From the IMG/VR virus record IMGVR_UViG_3300020183_005383, positions 1 through 53,365 of that record: DNA of 53,365 bases, one strand, 5' to 3'. Below are positions 18,801-25,754 of this stretch, piece by piece. Under the pieces are notes generated by a model. That model was given only the letters and a program-made list of their open reading frames with translations. It was not told the DNA's origin and did no database searches. This DNA is from a virus. Its lineage: Duplodnaviria > Caudoviricetes. Positions within the stretch are counted from its first letter, which is position 1; each line of letters opens with the position of its first letter. Made by a program: the position numbers and the translations under genes.

Positions 18801-19506
18801 AACGACAAGAACTCCAACACCGACTTCACTGTCAACTCTCGTTGTTCACTTCGACATAAGTAATTCATCATCTTATCCTGGCTCGGGTTCATTAATTACC
18901 GACTTATCGGGAGCAGGAAATAACGCAACTCTGAGTGGTGACTATTCTTACTCATCATCCAACAGTGGAATAATTGTAATGGGAGGAACAAATAGTTTGG
19001 CAAATATTACACAGAACGCAACCATCAACATTGCAAATACAACAACTCCTGTATCAGTAGTTATTTGGGCAAGAATACCTGCAGGTTATGCTAGTAACGA
19101 TGGTATTTGGAATAAGCAAGCACAAACAGGTGGTTTTGATGGATTCAGACTTAGTGTTGGAGGAACCAACGGTTTAATTTTTGGATTCAATGGACTATCT
19201 CAAAACTTTAATACCGCAAGTGGAAATAACGTATTCACCGCCAACACTTGGGCAATGTTTACCACGATTATTCGAGCAGGGACAAGTGCGGTTTATGTGA
19301 ATGGTAATTCAACGCCAGTGATTACACAAGCAACTTCAGATAGTTTTTTTGGACAACCGAACTTACAAATTGGACAATCAATACAAGGAGATGGTTCATA
19401 CCTTCCTATGAGTTGGGGGCAATTCAGATATTATAAAAATAAATCATTGTCGACGGCAGAAATTGCAGCACTATTCAATGCAGACAAAGCTAAGTACGGA
19501 TTATAA
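15832..19506 (+). CDS. Large Cys-rich putative virion surface protein with LamG/ConA-like domains and Thr/Pro mucin-like linkers
   Basis: Interrupted LamG-like N-terminal region (WTAEMM, IIYVNG, FIGDVSAFRMY..PL..SEI), two long TPT tracts, C-terminal LamG (HFDISNSSSYPGSG..TDLSG.GNNATL, VYVNG, FRYY.NKSLS.AEI). No signal peptide seen. Confidence 0.8.
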   Translation: MAYQNIFQYNFRKIGLIPFREVTDICLANDEREFNQDVVFSPLLIGDDDGNVMPFKFDFNSTGTTLCQTSTCNFNNDTIVSENYWNPSGINPNICPSASTLCDVGLTGIDNGLVKQISGETIDITTGLYTNINDKFSRFKYDRRFKMHPITGFTTTANRLWNDNSYTYNLNYTTYGDEVGYFARLQGGFYQGFYKLPGYRYQIFPERVNLGWTAEMMLRYRWTGSTDVGLNYRYPENKGTFFFMGARAENKFYHYADGSPKQDTGYTRVTSGLTCMHTCECLETGITASNSCIPVYQPSGLTSYTCSCETYVSVPELDPLYDGVSNAMSIRLSGNTGNPRLCVKVYTITGACETTGTCTTGLTFTTGTSVTEWCSTRGIFEFCSGTTYFDSEHWVQIDAVFRRREWFELCDLYDMGGLGLLVSEEYTATTANNSLNLIRPPITHLNIDPATTEVVQFKDSWFEEKDYRLGDLIIYVNGRPFLVIEDFEEIIPRLLNTPREKQIGVGYNISLGGGTQGLHDNLTLSGGCPEALSGMTYQQDPECLTTQDLTHTIYSGLTTHIRLEEIFGGSFIGDVSAFRMYTIPLDASEIAHNFRILKNRYQLLDPNCIQCILDCPNNDLTYEFIPCPSPTPTITPTETPTQTPTETPTLTPTNTQTETPTQTPTNTETPTNTPTETSTQTPTNTETPTETPTETPTNTPTPSITASPGQTPTATETQTPTPTTTQTNTPTKARIPFVVCSGTTSIDACSCIVNGTIWGDYVDFDANTQFYDSPVGPNTIDMTGYYSYNGILVQLDSGGFEIGGYSICPSQTPTPTNTSTITATPSETPTQTPTNTETPTNTPTETPTQTPTNTETPTNTPTETPTQTPTNTETPTNTPTETSTQTPTNTETPTETPTETPTQTPTNTETPTQTPTNTQTPTPSITASQTQTPTPSITASQTQTPTPSITASQTQTPTPTSTNTPTKTNTPTPSITASPSTTAAVTPTPTTTRTPTPTSLSTLVVHFDISNSSSYPGSGSLITDLSGAGNNATLSGDYSYSSSNSGIIVMGGTNSLANITQNATINIANTTTPVSVVIWARIPAGYASNDGIWNKQAQTGGFDGFRLSVGGTNGLIFGFNGLSQNFNTASGNNVFTANTWAMFTTIIRAGTSAVYVNGNSTPVITQATSDSFFGQPNLQIGQSIQGDGSYLPMSWGQFRYYKNKSLSTAEIAALFNADKAKYGL
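17714..18024 (+). repeat. Thr/Pro coding repeat tract 1 ([12 protein letters not shown])
   Basis: Degenerate ACx-CCx-ACx tandem repeats within the 15832 CDS. Confidence 0.95.
18256..18825 (+). repeat. Thr/Pro coding repeat tract 2
   Basis: About 190 codons of TPT repeats; includes a near-copy of 17803-17922 at 18418-18537. Confidence 0.95.
18586..18707 (+). repeat. Perfect 36-bp tandem repeat, about 3.4 copies (QTPTPSITASQT)
   Basis: CAAACACCGACACCTTCTATAACAGCTAGCCAAACC starts at 18586, 18622 and 18658, partial at 18694; no spacers. Confidence 0.95.
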
Positions 19507-19645
19507 TCGCGACTTTAAGACCTTTTATAATTCTCCAACACACACACAATTCCGCAAACACCAACCTAGACACCAATTTAGAAAAAGAAAAAATAAAAAT
19601 TAAAAAATTTTTAAATGTTCCAAGTATTTATATAAAAAAAGTAAA

Positions 19646-20656
19646 ATGGCTTGTAGTAAATATACCTTAACGAATACTGGTTCTACTATAGTAACCTTTA
19701 ATTATAGAAGATGTGATGACTCTATGTGGGAGTATCAAGTTGGATTATCACCAAATGAAACCAAAAATATTTGGTTGATTGATTACACATATTCAACCGC
19801 ACAATCCAATTTTATTAATTTGGTTGACCAAGGGGAATTTCCACCTCCTAATGTACCACCAACACCAACACCAACACCAAGTTCTACAGCAAATGTAACG
19901 CCAACACCTACTACAACACCTACAGCTACTGAAACTCCAACCCAAACACCAACTAACACTCCGTCACCAACACAAACTAGTACACCTACGAATACACAAA
20001 CACCAACTAACACTCCGTCACCAACACAAACTAATACACCTACACCAACAAATACACCAACAAATACATTAACACCAACTACAACAACCACTCAGACTCC
20101 AACACCATCGCAAACTAGATTTAGTTTTAGTGTTGGTTCAGGTTCTACTTTTAACGAAGCATGTGCTTCAGGAATTGTTGGTACAATTTTTGGTGACGAA
20201 CCTTCATTCGATGGCAACATTCAGTTCTATCCTCAAAGCGTAGGTCCTTCTACAATGTTGGCAGGTTTCTATGCATCCTCAGGTATTGTTACCCAAATTG
20301 CATCGAACGGATTACAAGTAGGAGCATTTGCAGCATGTTCTGTAATTGCAACTCCTACACCAACAATTACAACAACTCCTTCACCAACACCAACTTTTGC
20401 TTTCTACACATATAGTTTAGGTTCAGGTGCAACCGCAAACGACGCTTGTATTGATTTTGGAGATTCACCACAAACAGTCTATGGTACAGTTGCGGGTGGT
20501 ATCGGACCAAACATCGGGGAGACACTTTATCAAACACCAGGTAATCCACCAACTAATCCAGTTGCTGATGGATACTACTCAAACGGAACCGCATGGTTTG
20601 AAGTATCGGGTGGTTCGGGCTTAATTACATCGAGTGACCCTAACGGATGCGATTAA
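19646..20656 (+). CDS. Thr/Pro-rich modular putative virion protein with two Cys-bounded modules
   Basis: N-terminal MACSKY..C domain, TPT tract, module, short PT linker, second module ending GCD; preceded by TATTTATA at 19625. Confidence 0.8.
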   Translation: MACSKYTLTNTGSTIVTFNYRRCDDSMWEYQVGLSPNETKNIWLIDYTYSTAQSNFINLVDQGEFPPPNVPPTPTPTPSSTANVTPTPTTTPTATETPTQTPTNTPSPTQTSTPTNTQTPTNTPSPTQTNTPTPTNTPTNTLTPTTTTTQTPTPSQTRFSFSVGSGSTFNEACASGIVGTIFGDEPSFDGNIQFYPQSVGPSTMLAGFYASSGIVTQIASNGLQVGAFAACSVIATPTPTITTTPSPTPTFAFYTYSLGSGATANDACIDFGDSPQTVYGTVAGGIGPNIGETLYQTPGNPPTNPVADGYYSNGTAWFEVSGGSGLITSSDPNGCD

Positions 20657-20675
20657 TTAAAAATTAAAATAAATT

Positions 20676-20705
20676 AAAACCCTCTACTTTCGTGGAGGGT
20701 TTTTT
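20676..20705 (+). terminator. Intrinsic terminator
   Basis: AAAACCCTCTAC-TTTC-GTGGAGGGTTTT hairpin (one G-U pair) followed by a T run. Confidence 0.8.
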
Positions 20706-20730
20706 ATTTTTAATACAAAATACATTTTCA

Positions 20731-21993
20731 ATGAAAATATTCGTACAAATTGCTTCTTACAGGGACCCACAACTTGTCCCCACAATTGAGAACATGGTGG
20801 AAAATGCCAAGAAACCTAAAAATTTGGTTATTGGTGTTGCACGACAGTATAGCGAATCAGATGGTTTCGATAATTTAGACAAATATAGGAAAGATAAAAG
20901 ATTTAGAATCTTGGATATTCCTTATCAAGAAGCTAAAGGTGTTTGTTGGGCTAGACATTTGGTGCAACAATTATATGATGGTGAAACATACACACTTCAG
21001 ATAGATTCGCACATGAGATTCGTAAAAGATTGGGATGATATCCTAATCAAAATGATAAAGGGTCTACAGAAAGACGGGTATAAAAAACCTTTACTTACGG
21101 GTTATGTACCCTCTTTTGACCCTGAAAATGACCCTGCGGGTAGAGCACAAGATGCGTGGAGGATGGTATTTGATAGATTTATCCCTGAAGGAGCGGTTTT
21201 CTTCTTACCCGAGACAATACCAGGTTGGAGAGAAATGACAAAACCCGTACCTGCAAGATTTTACTCCGCACACTTTTGTTTTACAGTAGGAACTTTCTCG
21301 AAAGAGGTACAACACAATCCTGAGTATTATTTCCACGGTGAAGAGATTTCAATTGCCGCTAGAGCATATACTTGGGGTTATGATTTGTTCCATCCACACC
21401 TGCCAATAGTTTATCATGAGTATACTCGTAAAGGTAGAACTAAACAATGGGACGATGACAAAACTTGGGGAGACAAAAATAAACATTCTCATTTAACAAA
21501 CAGAAAGCTATTCGGAATGGATGGGGAAAAACAAGAGGGTCATGATGGTCCCTATGGTTTCGGACCAATCCGAAACTTTAGGGAATATGAAAGATATTCT
21601 GGATTATTATTCGAAAAAAGAGCGGTAGACCAACATTGTATTGATAAAAAATACCCACCAAGTCCAAGAATCGAGGACGAAGAAGATTGGAAGAAAAGCT
21701 TCTCTACAATATTCAAACATTGTATTGACGTGGGATACCCAAGTGTTCCTGAAAAAGATTATGATTTTTGGGTTGTCGCATTTCACGGACCTGACGACCA
21801 AACCTTGTTCAGAAAAGATGCGGACAAAAATGAAATTGCAGGATTCATGAGAGACCCTGACAAGTATTGTAAAATTTGGAGAGAGTTTCCAACTACTGTA
21901 TTACCTAATTATTGGGTAGTTTGGCCCCACTCAGAATCTAAAGGATGGTGTGATAGATTGACTGGTCAATTAACTCATAATCACATAAGTTAA
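20731..21993 (+). CDS. GT60-like polypeptide/hydroxyproline alpha-GlcNAc transferase
   Basis: IFVQIASYRD, AKGVCWAR, LQIDSHMRF..DWD, LLTGY, FHGEE, RAYTWGYDLF.P..IVYH.Y, as in the Skp1 GlcNAc-transferase family. ATG at 20731 chosen because the track's GTG lies inside the terminator. Confidence 0.88.
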   Translation: MKIFVQIASYRDPQLVPTIENMVENAKKPKNLVIGVARQYSESDGFDNLDKYRKDKRFRILDIPYQEAKGVCWARHLVQQLYDGETYTLQIDSHMRFVKDWDDILIKMIKGLQKDGYKKPLLTGYVPSFDPENDPAGRAQDAWRMVFDRFIPEGAVFFLPETIPGWREMTKPVPARFYSAHFCFTVGTFSKEVQHNPEYYFHGEEISIAARAYTWGYDLFHPHLPIVYHEYTRKGRTKQWDDDKTWGDKNKHSHLTNRKLFGMDGEKQEGHDGPYGFGPIRNFREYERYSGLLFEKRAVDQHCIDKKYPPSPRIEDEEDWKKSFSTIFKHCIDVGYPSVPEKDYDFWVVAFHGPDDQTLFRKDADKNEIAGFMRDPDKYCKIWREFPTTVLPNYWVVWPHSESKGWCDRLTGQLTHNHIS

Positions 21994-22736
21994 TGAAGTT
22001 TAAAGATATACCTAAGTTTGTTGTCAATTTGGATAGAAGAGTTGATAGACTTGAAAGTATTTCTTTCGAGCTTTCATATTTGGGATGGGAATGGGAGAGA
22101 TTTTCAGGAATTGACACCAATTCATATATGGGAATAACTCGCTCAACCTTAGAGATAATAAAAATTGCTAAAGAGAGAAATTATCCTCAAGTTATGATTA
22201 TTGAGGACGATTGTTCTGCGATGCCCTATGCTAATAGTTTATTGGATAAAATAGAATCCGAATATCCTAATTTGGAATATGCAATTTTCAATTTAGCTCC
22301 TACACAGAACCGCGAGATAAAAATATCTAGCGAATATAAATTATTGCTCGATATGACTAATACACCCCCTGCACCTGAAGATGCCCGTGGTATATACGCA
22401 GCGAACATGATTATTTATGACCAATCCATATATGATGAGATGTTTGATATTGCTCTCACAGGATTTTCAAGTGGTGATTTCTTTCATGCTTTAGATGATT
22501 TTACGTGGAAGTTTATTGTTCAAAAGAAACAAAGTTATTGTCCTATTTTGCCGATAGCACCACAAAAGGCAGGATATTCTAATATTTCAGAAGGTATGTA
22601 TGGTAATTGGTATCTTCAAACATATAATTGGAACAGGTGGACCGAGGTTAAAATACCAAACGAGTTCATGGATGAAGGAAGAGTTATGGAAATGAAAAGA
22701 AAAAAAGAATATAAAGATTTTTATTATGTCAGTTAA
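21993..22736 (+). CDS. GT25 family glycosyltransferase
   Basis: FVVNLDRRVDR, ERFSGID, VMIIEDD, QKAGYSNI. Confidence 0.82.
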   Translation: MKFKDIPKFVVNLDRRVDRLESISFELSYLGWEWERFSGIDTNSYMGITRSTLEIIKIAKERNYPQVMIIEDDCSAMPYANSLLDKIESEYPNLEYAIFNLAPTQNREIKISSEYKLLLDMTNTPPAPEDARGIYAANMIIYDQSIYDEMFDIALTGFSSGDFFHALDDFTWKFIVQKKQSYCPILPIAPQKAGYSNISEGMYGNWYLQTYNWNRWTEVKIPNEFMDEGRVMEMKRKKEYKDFYYVS

Positions 22737-23607
22737 GTTTATTACTTCAATATACAGTGATTTATATGGAACTGAGTTTGGAGGCAGACCAAATAGAGGT
22801 GGTCATTATAGATTTAGTTTATTGTCACTTATAAAAATGACCGACGCTGACTTTCTCTGTTATACCTCGGATAGAGAAATAGATTCTCTCAAAAGATTTT
22901 TTTATGAAGAACATTCTATTGACTCCACAAAATTGAAATTCGAAGTTTTTGATATTTCAAACACAAAGTTTAAAGATTTAATCAACCAATACAAAGTAGT
23001 TGAGGATATCAAAAGAGGGGATAGATGTATAGAAATCCAATATTGTAAGTTTCATTGGTGGTGGAATGAAGATAAATCATATGACTATTATTATTGGATT
23101 GACGCTGGATTATCACATTGCGGGTTGATACCTTTAAAATATCTAAAGAGTGAACATATGATGGCGAGATATTATGAGAGCACTCTTTTCAATAATGACT
23201 TTCTGAAAAATGTAATTGAAGATACAAAAGATAAGTTCTTAATATTAGGAAAAGAAAACGTGAGGAATTATTGGTCGGGAACTGTCAATGCAAAGTGGTA
23301 TAAAGAATATGATAGGTCTATACATATTATAGGTGGACTTTTTGGTGGACATAAATCCAAATGGGATGAGATTGTTAACTTGTTTGAAGACTATACGACT
23401 AAAATAATTTCCGAAGATAAAGGTTTACCACATGAGGAAAACGTTATGACTTTGATGTGGTACAACCACACTGAATTATTTGAAAGAAAACATTTTGATA
23501 TTTGGTGGTGCAAAGATAATGCACCTAGAGGTACATCTGAAGAATTGTTCCAAAATAATAAAAGTTTCTTTAGAATCTTAGAAGAATTCAATAGGATATA
23601 TGAGTAA
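22726..23607 (+). CDS. HtrL/YibB(WlaTC)-like putative glycosyltransferase
   Basis: FITSIY, YYYWIDAGL, IIGGLFGG, HEENVM. Confidence 0.65.
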   Translation: MSVKFITSIYSDLYGTEFGGRPNRGGHYRFSLLSLIKMTDADFLCYTSDREIDSLKRFFYEEHSIDSTKLKFEVFDISNTKFKDLINQYKVVEDIKRGDRCIEIQYCKFHWWWNEDKSYDYYYWIDAGLSHCGLIPLKYLKSEHMMARYYESTLFNNDFLKNVIEDTKDKFLILGKENVRNYWSGTVNAKWYKEYDRSIHIIGGLFGGHKSKWDEIVNLFEDYTTKIISEDKGLPHEENVMTLMWYNHTELFERKHFDIWWCKDNAPRGTSEELFQNNKSFFRILEEFNRIYE

Positions 23608-25270
23608 TATTACTTTAGTGACTGGTATATGGGATATTGGTAGGTCTGAACTTTCTGAGGGATGGTCAAGACCCTACAATCATTATTTAGATAAGTTCGA
23701 ACAATTATTAAAGATAGATTGTAATTTGATTATTTTTGGTAGTAGAGAATTGGAACAATTTGTTTTAGACAGAAGAGATATTTCCAAAACTCAATTTATA
23801 TTTAGGGATTTATCTTGGTTCAGAGAGAATGAGTTTTTCAATAGGATTCAAGAAATTAGAACAAATCAAGATTGGTTTAATTTGTCTGGTTGGTTAAAAG
23901 ATTCAACGCAAGCTAAGTTAGAAAATTATAATCCTTTGGTTATGTCTAAGGTTTATCTTTTACATGATGCGAAGATTATGGATAGATTCGATTCTGAACA
24001 TTTATTTTGGATAGATGGAGGTATAACCAATACTGTTCATCCAGGTTATTTCACACATGACAAAGTAATTGAAAAACTTTCAAAATATATTTCGAAGTTT
24101 TCATTTATATGTTTCCCATATGAAGCAAACAACGAGATACACGGATTTGAATATAATCAACTGAATAGTTTAGCGGGTGCTAAAGTCAACAAAGTTGCAA
24201 GAGGGGGCTTTTTCGGTGGGCCAAAAGAGTCAATTTCAGATATCAACTCAATTTATTATGGTTTGATGAAAGAAACTTTATCCAAGGGATTGATGGGTAC
24301 TGAAGAATCAATCTTTTCAATAATGACTTACAAACACGCCGATTTGATAAACTACTTTGAAATAGAGGGAAATGGTCTGATTGGAAAATTCTTCGAGGAT
24401 TTAAAGAACGATGAGTTGAAACCAAAGAGTGAGTCTGTAGTTAAGAGTGTCAACAAATTAGATATAAATAAAGTCGGCTTGTATGTTATAACTTTCAATA
24501 GTCCCAAACAATTTAAGACATTGATTGATTCAATGTTGGCCTATGATAAGGATTATATAAATAAAACAAAAAAGTTCTTATTAGATAATTCTAGTGATGA
24601 ATCAACTTTTGGTGAATATAAATTATTGTGTGACAAATACGGGTTTGAACATATTAAAAAAGATAATTTGGGAATATGTGGCGGTAGACAATTCATTGCA
24701 GAGCACTTCAATGATACTGATTTAGATTATTATTTATTCTTTGAAGATGATATGTTTTTTTATCCTGACGAAGGAGTTTGCAGAAACGGATTTAACAGAT
24801 ACGTTCAAAACCTTTATACCAAATCTTTAGAAATAGTAAAAAAAGAAAACTTGGATTTCATTAAATTAAATTATTCCGAGTTTTATGGTGACAATGGAAC
24901 TCAGTGGTCTTGGTATAATGTTCCTCAAGATGTAAGAACAAAATTTTGGCCAAACAACCCGAGACTTCCACAGATGGGACTTGACCCGAATGCACCAAAA
25001 ACAGCTTTCGAAAAGATTCTTAGTCATAAAGGTGTACCATATACTTGTGGTGAAGTTTATTATTGTAATTGGCCTCAGATTGTAAGTAGAGACGGTAACA
25101 AAAAAATGTTCTTAGACACAACTTGGGCACATCCATTCGAACAAACGTGGATGAGTCATATGTATCAATTGACAAAGAAAGGTGAGTTATTTAGTGGTTT
25201 ACTATTATTAACACCCACCGAACATAACAGGTTTGAACATTACGAAAGGGAGTTACGTAAAGAGTCATAA
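23600..25270 (+). CDS. HtrL/YibB-like domain fused to a GT2-like GT-A domain
   Basis: TLVTGIWDIGR, Y..LVMSK, FWIDGG, RGGFFGG, GTEESI; C-terminal ITFN, LDNSS, NLGICGGR, FFEDDM. Confidence 0.72.
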   Translation: MSNITLVTGIWDIGRSELSEGWSRPYNHYLDKFEQLLKIDCNLIIFGSRELEQFVLDRRDISKTQFIFRDLSWFRENEFFNRIQEIRTNQDWFNLSGWLKDSTQAKLENYNPLVMSKVYLLHDAKIMDRFDSEHLFWIDGGITNTVHPGYFTHDKVIEKLSKYISKFSFICFPYEANNEIHGFEYNQLNSLAGAKVNKVARGGFFGGPKESISDINSIYYGLMKETLSKGLMGTEESIFSIMTYKHADLINYFEIEGNGLIGKFFEDLKNDELKPKSESVVKSVNKLDINKVGLYVITFNSPKQFKTLIDSMLAYDKDYINKTKKFLLDNSSDESTFGEYKLLCDKYGFEHIKKDNLGICGGRQFIAEHFNDTDLDYYLFFEDDMFFYPDEGVCRNGFNRYVQNLYTKSLEIVKKENLDFIKLNYSEFYGDNGTQWSWYNVPQDVRTKFWPNNPRLPQMGLDPNAPKTAFEKILSHKGVPYTCGEVYYCNWPQIVSRDGNKKMFLDTTWAHPFEQTWMSHMYQLTKKGELFSGLLLLTPTEHNRFEHYERELRKES

Positions 25271-25286
25271 CAATATATTTATTGAT

Positions 25287-25664
25287 ATGGATTTTTTTAT
25301 CAAGAAAAATGCAACCCTTCCCGTCTTAAAAATGCAAGTTGTAAAAGACGGTCGCGCTGGTTATATCCAACTAACGGAAGATATTCCAGTGTCAACAATT
25401 TTTTTTACAATGATTAATGAAGAAACAGGTATACCTAAAATTGTATCTGCACCTTGTGAGTTTGTTAATTTAATTTTAGATTTAGGTGCTCCACCTGAAT
25501 ATTATATTTATTTCAAGTTTACAAAAAAAGATACAAATGAAGTTGGTAGATATGTTGGTCAATTTTTAATTAAAAATGATGAAGGTGATTTGATTCTACC
25601 AATTAGAGAACAACTTTATATTAATGTACAAGAAAGTTTCATTTCGGAAACTGCTTGTTGTTGA
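25287..25664 (+). CDS. Hypothetical phage protein (possible beta-rich structural adaptor, BppU-N-like)
   Basis: MDFFIKKNATLP.L...F.M...Y.F...DT...G.Y.GQF.I pattern; ATG at 25287 follows TATTTAT. Confidence 0.55.
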   Translation: MDFFIKKNATLPVLKMQVVKDGRAGYIQLTEDIPVSTIFFTMINEETGIPKIVSAPCEFVNLILDLGAPPEYYIYFKFTKKDTNEVGRYVGQFLIKNDEGDLILPIREQLYINVQESFISETACC

Positions 25665-25693
25665 TTGACTCTAATCTCACAATTTTTTATATT
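25665..25693 (+). promoter_or_regulatory. Sigma70-like promoter upstream of DNA polymerase
   Basis: TTGACT (25665-25670), 17-nt spacer, TATATT (25688-25693). Confidence 0.55.
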
Positions 25694-25754
25694 TATTGAG
25701 GAAGGTAAATTTCACCAAAGTGTGAAAGCTAATGAACCACCCTACAAAATTGAT

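Noticed and set aside
18478-20091. Antisense Val/Gly-rich ORFs (18478..18696, 18537..18788, 19783..20091)
   Set aside because: Shadows of ACx/CCx repeat codons on the + strand.
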